Shown piece after piece: positions 35,354-48,560 of a stretch of DNA of 64,000 nucleotides. Both the position numbers and the translations under genes were made by a program. The notes beneath the pieces are model-generated. The model saw nothing but the letters and a program-made list of their open reading frames with translations. It was not told where the DNA came from and searched no databases. Location: positions 2,446,525-2,510,524 of the forward strand of contig CM074816.1 of NCBI GenBank assembly GCA_037447605.1. Reading direction: 5' to 3'. This DNA comes from Zygnema circumcarinatum SAG 698-1b. Lineage: Eukaryota > Plantae > Zygnematophyceae. Positions within the stretch are counted from its first letter, which is position 1, and each line of letters starts with the position of its first letter.

Positions 35354-36166
35354 AAGCAACTGCGTTTCGGTTTGTGGAACGGGCGGGGGAGCTGTTGTCG
35401 TTTTAGAGTGGCCCACTTCGATATATCGACACATGGCAAGCGTATCGGATGTAAACCCTCATGCCGTTCCGGCTGCCGGTCGACTAACTTTGATACTGAT
35501 ATATCCGTTGAGACGGCGGCAAATACTGCCGGCCAAAACCGATACGCTCAGGATATATCGATAGACAAGTGCCGATATTTCCTACCCTCCGCCAGACGTA
35601 CTGTTGCAGTGTGGTATAGGCATTCGCATTGCCACGTGGCGACTTCGTATTGGTTGAAACTGCTCACACTCTGAATTGCAGTGTGGGTATAAGCACAGGT
35701 TTGCTCGTGTCATATCGCAATATGGGTCATACTAAGATACGAGCAATACGATACGAACCGTGCTTTCTGAATCGGCACTGTACGGATAGACGATACGTTA
35801 AATACCGGTTGGCCGATGCGGGACAGTGGCCGTTGGGCCCCCCACGAGCTACTCTCCCCCTCCCTCCCTCCCTCCGTCTCCCCTCCCTCCCCCCATCCAT
35901 CTCTCCCTCTGTCCCCCCCTCCTTTCTTTCCCGCTTTCTCCCCTTCGTCTCTCTCTCCCTCGCCCCTCCCCTCCCCCTCTCCCTCCCTCTCCCTCTCCCC
36001 TCCCTCCCTCCCTCCCTCCTTTCCTTCTTTCCCTCTCTCTCCCCTTCGTCTCTCTCTCCCCTCACCTCCCCCCCTCCCTCCCTCTCCCCTCCCTCCATCC
36101 CTCCCTCCTTTCCCCCTCTCTCCCCTCCGTCTCTTCCTCCCTCTCTTTCATTCTCGATCCAGTCCA

Positions 36167-39100
36167 ATGGCCGCCCCTCCCCCGAGCTCCTCCTCCTCCC
36201 CCTCCCCCTCCCCCCCAGGAAGCCATGGATCCCTTCCGCCGGCAGCAGCAGCACCGCCACCTGGCGCAATTCCCGGCATGCATCCGTACATGTATGGCGC
36301 CATGTACGGAGCCATCCCCCATGGGGCCATGCGTCCCCCCTCCCATGCCATGCATATATCCCCATCCCCATCCCCATCCGCATATCCATCTCCATACCCC
36401 TATCCATACCCCTACCCCTATGCCTACCCCTATCCGCAGCCTCCTCCCTACTCTTCCGGGCAGTACCCTGCAGCCATGGCGGCTCCTGCAGTAGCTGAAG
36501 GAGCGGGAGAGAGAGAGAGGAAGGAGAAGGAGGCAGCTCAGAGTAGCTCACAGTTCAGTTCCCTGAACCCTATTATCTCGAACCTGAAACCTAATCCTAA
36601 CCAGAACCCTAACCCTAATTCTAACCCTAACCATAATCTCAACCCTAACTCTAATCATAACCCTAGTCCTAGTCTACCTGCCCCTAGCTTCCCTAACCCT
36701 AGTTTTCCTCACCCTAGCTCTAACCCTTTACCTAACTTTGCAAACCCTAACCCTAATCCTAGCCCTAATTCTGCTGCGACTCCAATGCCGTATGGCATGC
36801 CGCCTGGAGGGATGCCTAACCCATACATGATGGCAGCTCATGGGGGGGCGGCCTACCCATACATGGCCATGCATGGGGGCATGCATGGCTACCCAAACAT
36901 GAGGGCTCAAACTCCGCCAAATTGGGGAGCCTTCCCAGCACCTTCCTCTGCTGCTGCTCAACCTCCCCCAGTTTTGCAACCACCTGGACACGCCCCTGGA
37001 AATGCGGCTGGAGACCTGCCACGTGGCACCAACACCGCAGATGAAGACGAATTTGGCGACTTCACCGCAGCTTCCGGAGCTTCTGATAGGCCCTCTGTTG
37101 CGGCTGCGGAGGTAGTCAAGTCAAGCCAAGTCAAGTCAGGTCAAGTCAAGCCGCGGGACTTCTCTGCGCCACTCTCCCTTTCTCTTTTCGGTGAAGAGGA
37201 AGCTGCAGAAGGGGGCAAAGAAGAAGCAGGCGTAGCTCCAGCTGCCTCACAAGCAGTTACTACTTCTCCCCTCCCCACTCCCGCTCCGCTCCCTCCCAAC
37301 CCTCTCCCTCCCGCTCCTGTCCTCCCTCCCACTCCCTTCCCTCCCACTAGTTTCCCTCCCACTCATGGCACACTCTCTCATCTTCCTCCCACACCTCTCC
37401 CTCCCACACCTCTCCCTCCCACATCTCTCCCATTCACTACCGCGACGGTGAATCCTCACGGAAGTATCACTACAGACATAACCGACGATGATGACGAATT
37501 TGGTGACTTTGTCGAGCTCCGACCCTCAGCGCCCACGTTGAAAGCTCCTGATCAGGTGAAAACAACAGAAGCCTCCCCTTTTCCCTCCCAGAGTACCGAC
37601 CCTTCTCCTCCATCACATGGAAGCTGGGGAACTCCTCAAAGCGTAACCTTTCAGGAACATCACGCCCCAATGTCGGTGCAGGAAAATGTTTCAAATGTGG
37701 TCTGGGGCAATATGCACGGCTTAACTAACATTTCTATGCTCGGAAACTCGTCGAACTCGACGGAAACTGAAAGCAGTTCTACTTTCCCTTCGGAAGTTTC
37801 AACTTTGTCTTCAAAAAAAGAGCCCTTTTCTCTGCCTCCACCACGTCCGGCTGCGAAATTTTCGACCGAAATTTCTTCGTTTCAAGCCTTTCAAGGTGGA
37901 AAGAGTGAAGAAGTCAAAGGGGAAGGCTCTCAGAAGATTACAGAATCTGATTTGGATGATGATTGGGGGGATTTTACGGATGCAAGAGCGGCTAAAAAAC
38001 CGGCGGCTCCCTCTGCTGCAACGGAAAATTCGAAAAATCAAGATACTGTAAAGAAAGGGGTTTCCGGACCTTTATCTCTTTCTCTGTTTGGCGAGGAAGA
38101 GTCCATTTTAAGTGATCAGCCGTTGAGCCTCGATATGGCCGGGGGGGGGGTAGGGGCAGAAAAGAAAGAAAAAAATTCGGAGGTGAAATTTGAAGATGTA
38201 ATGGAATCAACGGTCGGAAGTGTGCCTGCGGTGGTCGAAGAAGGGTTTAAGGAAAAGATCATTTTTGAGAAAAAGTCGGAAAATTTTGACCCGGTTTCTA
38301 CGGAAATAGCTCACAGCTTTTTTGGAAGTCCGGCGGATGTTTTGTCTTTTCCGTCAATTCCGGCTCCAGCTCACGTTGACCCATTAGGAAGTTTCGAAAA
38401 AGACGAAAATGATGACGACGATTTTGGAGATTTTGCATCAGCACAAGTTTCTATGCCGGTGGAGATACCATCTTTTGGAAAAACGGATTCCGTTATTACG
38501 GAGGAGCATGTGAAGGCGGGGGAGGTTCAATCAGTGCTAAAACCACCGTCAAATTTTCACATTTCTTCTACGGAAAATTTCAGCATAGACGAGAAAAGTG
38601 GAACCACGGAAGATTTTACAGATGTAGTCTTTCATGGAGAGGAAAAGACGGCGTCAGAAAAGGTGCCAGGTGTCGATCTCTCATTGGAAGCAGCTTCCCG
38701 AGAGGCGCCACGTGGCGAGCTCCCATTCGTCGATGAAAACTCAGATTCTTCTATTTCTCGCGGAGTTTCTGGGAAGAAACCGATTCCTTTATCGCTTTTT
38801 GGCGAGGATGAGGGAGAGGGAGAGGGAGAGAGAGAGGGAGGGGGAGAGGAAGTTAAAGAGGCAGTAGAGGAACAGGTGGCAGCTTCAGGGGCTGCCACGT
38901 GGCAGAGCGGGAGCCACGTCAGCGGACACTCATCATCGCAAAATGGGAACATCTTCGATTTAATCGCATCACTTTATAGCCAAAATAATGCGAATTCGGG
39001 GGAAGGAAAAAGGGGTATTAGCGACCCCGGTTTGACTTCGGAATTCGATACAAGTTCTGATAAGCGGAATTACAGTTCGGGAGACATTCTGGATTCAAGT

Positions 39101-42100
39101 CAGCAAGATGGAGATCTTAAGTCCGGACCAAATTTTTTCGGAAATTCAGAATTCATCGGTAAATCGAAAAAATTACATCCGGGGGGGACTCCAAAACGTG
39201 AAAATTTGACGGAAATTGTGGGAGAGGGAGGAGGGAGTCCCTTCTCTCCCATCTTTGGAGTTGCAGGAGGAGGTGAAAATTCTGGGACAGGAAGCTTCTC
39301 GGAAAGTGGGGGGGGTTTGCAGCTCTCCCACGTCAGCAACGGAACGGAGGAGTTTGAATTTGAAGCAAAAAATCGATCTTTCAAAACTCGGAGGAGAGCG
39401 AGTAGTACATTAAATTTCGATGCTGAATTTTTGGGGGTTCCGTTGATAATGCCAAAGATGGGGGAGGGGAGATTAAATATGAGGTTGATAAAAGCTGCTC
39501 TTCAAGGGCTTATGCCGACGGAGGGGGTCGGATTGGAAGAGGGGGAGACAGCTGGCAGAGAGAGAGAAGAGGGAGAGGGAGAGGGAGAGAGGGAGGGAGA
39601 GGAAGTGGTAGAGGAAGTAAGAGTGGGAGAGGGAGAGGGAGAGGGAGAGGGAGAGGGAGAGAGAGCCGGGGAGATGGAGGAGGCAGTGGGAGTGCTGGCG
39701 GAGGAGGGGAGAGTGAGAGAAGCCTACGCATGCAGAAAGCATTTGCAGGCATCGAACTCTCTTCGGAGATTGAAGGTGGGATTGAAGGTCTGCTCCAAAT
39801 TATTGAAATTTCAAATTTGAAGAATTCGGAATTTGTTTTTTGTTGCATTGTTTTTTTCTAAGTTCTCTGTATTTTGTTTGGAATTTTTCCAGTTAAAGTG
39901 TCTCCCCTTTTTTTTGTGAGGTGTTTGTAGGCCCAGTACGTGGCCCTATTGGAGGAGGCCAAGCTCGAGGCAGCCGCCGCCATTCGCTTAAAAATTCAGG
40001 CAAGATCTCGTAGATATTCACCCCCCCCACCCCCCCCCCCTTTTTTTTTATCTTGAAATTGCACTGAAAAGGAGCGGATATAGTCCCAACATATTCTAAG
40101 TCTTTCTTTCTCCTTTTTTTTTCTCCTCCCCCCTCTCCCTCTCTCCTCCTCCTCTCTCTCTCTCCTCCCCCTCTCTCTCTCTCCTCCCCCCCTCTCTCTC
40201 TTCTCCTCGCCCTCTCTCTTCCCCCCCCCCCTCTCTCCCTCTTTTGTTCCTACTTCTCAAATTTTCAGGCTGCCGAATCTGCCCTTGGTACGGCAGAGCA
40301 AGTTGCACAATGGAAGAGGCGCCGGTCCAAAAAAACAAATAAAGAAATCGAAAAAAAGTCCACTTCCGAAATAACCGAAATCTCAGGCTCTCCCTCAGAA
40401 GCCGACAGAAACATGCCACGTGGCGAACCGCCATTGGCTGAGAGGCCGGCGCCTCCAGACGTCGCCGAGCAGTCCGGCGAGAGTTTCTGTGACAGTGACG
40501 CCGCACACGTGGCGGCCTCTGATTGGTCCGATCGTGGCAGCTGGCGAGATCTGACGGTGGAGGACATGGCGGAGCGGCTGGGCGGGAGGGCGGACCCGAG
40601 GGGCCAAGCCTTTCAGGCGATCGCCTCTGCGGAGGAGGTCGCAGAACTGGTGAGGGCTGAGGGAGAGGGAGAGGGAGAGGGAGAGGGAGAGGGAGAGGGA
40701 GAGGGAGAGGGAGAGGGAGGAGGGAGAGGGAGAGGGAGAGGGAGAGGGAGAGGGAGAGGGAGAGGGAGAGGGAGAGGGAGAGGGAGAGGAGAGGGAGAGG
40801 AGAGGGGAGGGAGGAGGGAGAGGAGAGGAGAGGAGAGGAGAGGGAGAGGGAGAGGGAGAGGGAGAGGAGAGGGAGAGGGAGAGGGAGAGGAGAGGAGAGG
40901 GAGAGGGAGAGGGGAGGGGAGGAAATATCCAAGTTTTTTTTTTTCGATTTTTTTTTTTTTCGCAGGCCAAATCTGATCTCAGAGCCGCGGTGGCTATGCA
41001 CGCTCGAGCGCTGTACTCCTTCCGAATGCTCAACGCGGCGGAGGCGGATGTTCAGAAGGAGTACATCGCCACGTGGGCGAATCTCGCAACACATTGCGCG
41101 ACCCTATTGGAGGAGGCGGCGACTCTCTGTCAAAATTTGCGGAAAAATGGAGCGGATTCAAGCTTATTTTCCGCCCCAAAAGGTACTTTATTAGAATTTT
41201 ATTGAATATTTAAAACTTGGTTGTTGTCAGATTTTAGGAAATGATAACGTCTCAAAAAGCACGCTGGAAACGAGTCAAAAAAATTCCAAATCTCTCGCTG
41301 ATGACCTGTCTGCCACGTGGACCAATCGCAGGCCGCGCCTACCTGGCAGGAGTATACCAGGTGTACGGCGTCTACATGGTCCTCGCCAGCTCAGCGCAGG
41401 TGTACGCCACGTGGCTGCACACCGCGGGCCCTGTGGGGACCACTCTCTGGGAGCAGCTCCTCCGCGCCAACTCAGCATGGGAATTCAAGTGGGATTGAGG
41501 CTACAGCGTGCCAGGTGGCTACTTCCCATTGGCCGAAGCGCGGTGCTGCGGGCCGGAGCCCGATCAAGGCTGGAGGCGGCTGCAGAGGCCAAGCAAGTGG
41601 CGCGAGGGCCGCTAGTGGGGCCAAGGGGGTAGGCTTAACGCCGCTGTGTGTGGGATGTGCCTCCTACCGCTGCTCGCGTTTGACCGTAAGGCCGCTCTCT
41701 CCCTCTCCCTCTCCCTCTCCCTCTCTCTCTCCATCTCCCTCTCTCTCGTCCTCTCCCTCTCCCTCTCCCTCTGCCTCTCACTCTCCCTCTCCCTCTCCCT
41801 CTCCGTCTCCGTCTCCGTCTCCCTCTCTCCCTCTCTCTCTCCATCTCCCTCTCTCTCGTCCTCTCCCTCTCCCTCTCCCTGTCCCTTTTCCTCTCCCTCT
41901 CCCACTCTCTCTCGCTCTCCCTCTCGCTCTCCCTCTCGCTTTCCCTCTCCCTCTCCCTCTCCCTCTCCCTCTCCCTTTCCCTCTCTCCCTCGTCACCAGC
42001 TTCCTCTCCGTCAATCTGTCCCTTTGACTGGCGTGTGCGTCCCTTCACCCCCTTCCTCTCCCTCTCTCTTACCCCCCAGCTCTCTCCGCCCCCCACTGCC

Positions 42101-42411
42101 TCTCCCGCTCCCACTCCTTTCCCGTCTTCACTCAAAAGTGCCTGAAGAAAAGGTCCACAATTGTCTGTGTATCTCATCCCCACCACAACACTGATGGGTA
42201 GCACTCGGATGTTGCCAGTTACCTTTCAGTTGCAGTTTTTCTTCTTAGTTCTTGTTTTCTAACTGTGGCTCCATGCCTCGTCCGTACAGCTGTGCCGGCG
42301 GTGGAATGGGGCGGCCGCCACTGTCTTCTCCCTCTCGCGAACTTTTGGGCCAATCGGATTTCTCGAACGCCACCAGATCTCCCGAATTTTCAGTTGCCCT
42401 TCTACAGGTAG
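36167..42411 (+). CDS. Synergin-gamma-like protein (AP-1 gamma-ear-binding motifs plus plant synergin C-terminal domain)
   Basis: Exons: 36167-39775, 39931-39999, 40269-40649, 40966-41182, 41332-41685 (frame disrupted), 42290-42411. Four acidic (F/W)GDF motifs ([31 protein letters not shown]), three LSLFGE(E/D)E motifs, and a C-terminal CGMCLLP...[28 protein letters not shown]. Confidence 0.8.
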
Positions 42412-43024
42412 ACGGTTCGGAACAACGGAATTGATCAGACATGGAACTGGTACACATGATATCCAGTGAAAAAGCTTTCATTGGCTTTTGAAGAATTTTT
42501 GATAGACGTCGTTGTTGCTGTCGATGGCCTGACTTTGGTCGACATTGGACCACAATTATTTTTTTCACTGTGAAATGTTTTTTTTAGATGCTCGTCTGTT
42601 AGTATAGATGTTGGGTCTAGGATTTAGGGTTTAGGGTTTTGGAGAAACGTGAGAGTTTGGGGTTTACCGAATGTTCAAGCAATTGAACATTGCCTTAAAT
42701 TGAAAAGGTCTGTTTCTGGCACTTAAAAACTCTTCCTGAAATCTCCAAACTCTTAAGCGTCGCTGCTATCTACCGCTCATACATTGATAACATACGGAGG
42801 GTGGTAACATGCCACATATGGTGATGCATGACATGTCACACATACATATACACGATCACATCACATCCAGCAAAAGCTTATACCAATATTTTCCACCTAA
42901 CAAACGGAAACCACAGCATTTTTCACATAGAAATAACCTATTTCCCACATTTCCCATATTTCCCATATTTCCCACATTGAACAATTTGTACATAGTGTAA
43001 ACCCTACCACAGGACTTTGCCACC

Positions 43025-46000
43025 CTACAGTTCTATGTCTTTGGCTGTCTCAGTCCCCGTTCCCGTTTCACTCTCAGTTTTCGAATCGCTTTCTAGATCC
43101 GGGAGACTACTTTGTAGATCTTCAGATTCTGCAAATCTGGAAGATTCGGAAGATCTCTGCAGATTCTGAGGGAATCTGAGCAGATTCGAGTTCGGGCTCT
43201 GCAGGGCCCACTGCGCGCGCAGCTCCGCGAGGGCGACCGACGCCGCGCGGGCGACGGCGGGGCTCGAGTCCGCGGCCAGCCGCTGCGCGACGGAACGGAA
43301 CAGGGCGCATGGAAGGAGAGAGGGTGAGAGGGGAGAGGGGGGGAGAGGGAGAGAAGGAGAGGGGGGAAGGGAGAGCGGGGGGGAGGGGGGGAGGGAGAGG
43401 GGGAGGGAGAGGAGAGGACGGGGAGGAAGNNNNNNNNNNGGGAGGGGGAGGGGGAGGGAGAGAAGGGGAGGGAGAGGGGGAGGTGAGGGAGAGAAGGAGG
43501 GGGAGGGAGAGAAGGGGACGGGGAGGGGGAGGGGGAGGGAGTGGAGGGGGAGGAAGAGGGGGAGGGAGTGGAGGGGGAGGAAGAGGGGGAGGGAGAGAAG
43601 GGGAGGGGGAGGAAGCGGGGGAGGGAGAGAAGGGGAGGGAGAGGGGGAGGGAGGGTAGGGGAGAGGGAGGGGGAGGGAGAGGGAGAGAGAGAGAGAGAGC
43701 CTGCCTACCTGCAGTGCTCCTATCCCCGCATTTCCCAAAGTCCACAGCGAGGGGGCCGTCGACAGCCCTTCCGCCAGCGCCCTCCTGCCCGCCCGCAAAA
43801 AACTAAACTTCTCAATACTGCACCTTTGTAGGGAAAGAAAATGGCCTAGAAAGGAAATATGTTTTTTTTTTCGTTTTCGGCGTCCAGGGGGGCTGCACCT
43901 GGTCGCCACGTCGGGGGAGTTGACGGCCTCCGCCACGAGAGATGCGCCGTCGACCTCCTCCAAATCGACCAGGGCGGCCACGATGAAGGCGAGCTGGAAA
44001 TAAGTAAATAAATAAATAAATAGATAGGTCAATTAGTTAATCATTTAGTGGAAAAAATTAGAGGGGGGAAAGGCGACAATGAGATTAACAATAAAAAATA
44101 ACAGGGTGCAAATTTTCAGATTAAACCCTAATCCCTAACCCTAATTTTCTGGCGAACCCTAACCCTAATCTCAAACCCTAAACCTATCTCCTAAGTTTGA
44201 GAGAGGGCCAAGACAGTCCCAAAAGATAGGCGAAGCAACGGCAGGTGTTGACCGGGGCTCCTTGGAAAATTTGAAATTGGAAAAAAAAAAAAAAAAAAAA
44301 AACCCTACCTCTCATGGAAACAGAAGAGGAGACGGAAGTTCTCTGAACGGCTAACTAATAATTCCTTTTTTTTAGGGTTCTTAACTTTATCAGTTTAGGA
44401 CAGTGGGCCAGATTCTTTTTCTGTTTTCGGGCAGCCCCACTTCGTGTTTTCGGGCAGGCAGAAAATTTTCGCCCACCTCATCCGACTCCAACACGTCGGC
44501 TGCTTCTGAGGTCGACGCGCTCAGCATATCCCGATACGCCTCCTGCAGGGGAGAGAGAGGGAGAGAGAGAGAGAGGGGGGTGTGTGAGAGAGTGAGAGGT
44601 GTGGGTGTGTGTGTGTGTGTATGTGAGAGAGAGAGAGTGAGGGAGAGAGAGAGAGAGGGGGAGAGAGAGAGAGGGGGTGTGTGAGAGAGAGAGGTGTGAG
44701 AGAGAGAGGGAGAGAGAGAGGGAGAGAGAGGGAGAGAGAGAGAGTGAGAGAGAGCAATACCTCCACAGCAAGGAGTCGGCCAGTAACCGAAAGCCTTTCC
44801 CAGGGCTGCCGGTCGCTCTCAGAGTTTCCGTTTTGGAAAATATTTTCAGAGGCAGCCCCTCTCTGCTCGTCCTCTCTGAAATGCCATCCTTTCCTTTCTG
44901 TTATCTTACATTTCATTTAAAGAAAAAGTTCAATGAGCAGAAATGTTTAAGCGGGCACTTTTGAGATAAAGATCGATATATTTTTGACCTATGAATCAAG
45001 CAATCGCTATAAGAGACAATACTTTTTGAAAAGACGCGGTCAGGGTTTTTATTCTTTTTTTTTTTTCTTTTACCGCAGAAGCAGCACATCCACAACAGCG
45101 CGATGGACCATTCGGACCGCCTGCATGCGAAATTACAGTTAGCAAAAAAAAAAACATATTCATATACATATACAAATATAGGAAAACAATAAAACAAAAA
45201 GTTGAATGCATCTGCTCAACCAGAGAACGAAAAATTTGAAGCGAAAAATTCACATAGTAGCTTTATGGAGAAAGAGACAGAGAGAGAGGGAGAGAGGGAG
45301 AAAGAGAGAGGGGGAGAGCGGGAGGGGGAGAGGGAGGAGATGGGAGAGAAAAGTGGGGAGAGTTCCATCTTAGATGGGGAGTGGAAGAGAAGAAATAGCT
45401 TTTAACTATTTGATTCTTGGTGTTGCATTTATGTAATTTATTTGTGTTATTCAATTTTCCGTAATTCACCTCCATGGCTGCATACGTGTCTTCCAGAGCC
45501 CTTCTTCGTGCACGGAGATCCGCCAGCCGGAGATCGGCCTAAAATGGAAAAATAAAAGTAAAAACCTTTTTTTTTTTAGTTGAAAACGAAATGAAAGAGG
45601 AAAAAAGAGAATGACTAAGATAATTAGGGTCATGGCCTCTGAATCTTTTTATTTCTTTTTTAAATTTGATCCGAATTCTCCGAAGGGGGTTGGCCCCCTC
45701 ACATCGAGTCGGCCATCGTTCCAATGCGCCGCCGCCGCACTGCTCACCGACTCCTCCAGACCCTGAGAGGGAGAGGGGAGGGAGAGGGGGAGAGAGAGGG
45801 GGAGGGAGAGGGAGGNNNNNNNNNNGGTGAGGGGTTGAGTGGGAGGGAGAGGTGGAGGGAGAGGGAAGGGGAGTGGGGGATGGGGAGAGGGAGAGGGGGT
45901 GAGGGGGAGGGAGATGGGGAGGGAAGGGGAGTGGGGGAGAGGGGGAGAGGGAGAGGGAGAGGGAGAGGGAGAGGGGGTGAGAGGGTGAGGGGGAGCGAGA

Positions 46001-47816
46001 GGGGAGGGAGATGGGGAGGGAGGGCGAGGGAGCTTAGGTATTAAGATGGAACAGAGTCGAGGAAGTGAGACATAGACAGATTGATACATAAAAGTGGAGA
46101 GGAGAAGGGAGGGAGGGGGAGGGAAGAGAGCGAGAGGTAGAACATCTAAAACTGAAGATGGGTTTCTTTCTTCCAATCATAGCCGCTCATCCCCATCTTT
46201 CCCCTCCTCTCCTTCCCCCCTTCCCTGTTCTCTCACTCTCTCTCCCTCTCTCCCCCTCTTTCTCTCTCGCCTCTCGACCTCTCTCGTCCCGCCAATCCTC
46301 ATTCCGACCAACTCACAAGTGCCACGTGGCGCAACCGCTCCACTTTGAACCGCGCCCGCGAATCCAAAATTTCCGCATCTTCACGTGCCCGAGCTGTGCA
46401 AAGAAAAAAAAAAGATCTGAAGAAAAAAACACTTGTTTACCGAACCCTAGATTCCTCACAAAACAATGGGAGGAAGGAAAAGGAAAAAGCTCCCAGAAGG
46501 CATCTGATGCAAATTATTAGAGAAATTAATGTTACTGAGAATTTCTTGATTTAGATTCTTGATTAGATTTTTGAGTGCCACTCCGAAAATGAACTTCTCA
46601 ATTTTTCAAATATATATATATATTTTTTTTTTTTGGCTTTACCGTCCAATACGAGAATTCGCGAGCTGAGAAGCGCCACGTCACGCCTCGCTCTCATGTC
46701 CAGCCTTGAAAACTGTCTGAGTTTCAGAAAAACCCCAAAAAAACAAATAGGCCCAAATCTGAAACAAGTCACGAAATTCAACAGATTGTAAACACTATCA
46801 CTACTTCTCTCTCCCACTCTCTCTTCGTCTCTCCCTCCCACTCACCTTCCCTCTCTCACTCATTCAATTTAACTCTCTACCCCCCTCCTCTACTAATACA
46901 CTCCCACACTCTCTCTCCCCTGCCATCTGTCCTTCCTCCACTTTCAGTTTCTCCTTCTCCGCCCTCCTTCCACTCTCTCTTCTTCTTCTCTCTCTCTTTT
47001 CTCCCTCTCTCTCTCTCTCGTCTCTCCTTCTCTCTCTCTCTGTGTCCTTCCTCTCTCTCCCTCCCTCTGTCTCCCCCATTTCTCTCCCTCTCGCATTCTC
47101 TCCCTCTCTCTCTGTCTCCGTTCCCCCTCCCCATTTCTCACCTCTCCACCTTCACCAACATTTCTACATTCCATTCTCAACGATTCACTCTTTAGTTATT
47201 CGGCATCTCTCCTCCAATCCTATCACTTGCCTTCCTTCTCCCTTCTCACTCACGATTCTTTCACTCCTTCTCCTCCCTCCTCACTCCCACTCCCACTTCT
47301 CTCTCGCTCCTGTCTACCACTAATGGAGGACGACATAGTTCACGGTTCAGGGGGGGGAAGGGATGGGACAATGCACCACTCTCCGCCCCTCCCCATACGA
47401 TTCACAAAACCTAATTCGAAATCAAACAAACCCCACGATAAAAAAAACCCCACCGAAACCCTAATTCTGAACCCCAAAACCCTAGAATTCTGAACCCTAA
47501 TCCATGCCCCCCACCTGGCCAGCACATCCGCATCATTGCGCATGTACTTCACCGCCGCCCTCAGGCCCTGCAGACAGGGCTTGCAGCATCCCTCCCCATC
47601 CTCCCCCCTCGCCTCCGCATGGCCCCCTCTCCTCTTTCCCTCCCGCCTTCTCCCTCCCCCTCTCTCCCTCTCCCTCCCCCTCTCCGCTCCTCCCTGCCTC
47701 TCCCGCAAGGGGTCTCTCTCTTCCCCCAGAGCGTTCCGCAAGCAGCCATGGCTCCGCCTTCGAGTGGGGCGAGTTCCACCCCATGGGGGGAAGGTAGATG
47801 GAAGGGAGGTAGCCAT
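43025..47816 (-). CDS. AAF: Senescence-associated protein AAF/SPA15-like, 11 exons
   Basis: Exons (5' to 3'): 47816-47515, 46716-46643, 46393-46317, 45762-45703, 45538-45470, 45120-45074, 44875-44761, 44542-44477, 43993-43899, 43784-43709, 43282-43025. GT-AG and phase-compatible. Peptides RLDMRARRDVA, ARAREDAE, HWNDGRLDADLRLADLRARRRALED, SPDVATRRALA, APSLWTLGNAGIGALQRLAADSSPAVA match the family as I recall it. Confidence 0.88.
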
Positions 47817-48227
47817 GGAGGGAGGGAGGAGGGCGGAGGGAGAGAGAGGGGGGAAGGAGAGGGGAGGGGCGGGAGTAGGGGGGAAAGGGGAAAGGGAGGA
47901 GGAGAGAGGGGAGTGAGCGAGAGGAAGTAGAAGAGAGCAAAAGGGGGAGGAGGAAGGGAGGTGGAAGAGACGAAAGAGCGAGGAGAGAGGGAGAGGGTGA
48001 CGGAGAGGGAGAGGAAGCTGGGGAAGGGGGCAGGGGAGAGGAGAGGAGCGAGGGAAGAGACGATAGCGAATGGAAGATATGGCAGAGGGGAGGGGAGAGA
48101 GGGAGTGAGGGATAGACTGGAGAGGCGAGGAGAGAGGAGGATGGAAGGAAGTGACGAAGAAAAAGGCGCTAGGAGAACAGGGGGGAAACAGAGAGAGGCG
48201 GATGAAGGCGGGAGAAAAGGTAGAAGA

Positions 48228-48231
<4 letters not shown>

Positions 48232-48305
<74 letters not shown>

Positions 48306-48560
48306 GCCACGTGGCAGCAATGGTGGTTCCGCAGAATCCGGGCAGCTGCCACGTAGCGGTCTGCGGGCCACTCCCTGCGCGCCAGCCGGATATTTGGAAT
48401 TTCGGAGATTCGGAAGGGACACGTGGCGGATGTCTATTTGTTACTGTTCCCACGTGGTTCGTAATAACCAATGTGGTGCCTTTTTTACACGTGTCAGCGC
48501 GTGGGACCAGTTTTCCACGTGGCCGCGTGCGGCACACACGCGTGGGAACTGCCATGCGCG
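48232..48560 (-). promoter_or_regulatory. AAF upstream region: (GA)n tract followed by a cluster of G-box/ACGT elements
   Basis: (GA)n at 48232-48303. CACGTG cores near 48308, 48420, 48451, 48488 and 48516, about 0.5-0.7 kb upstream of the ATG. Confidence 0.5.
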
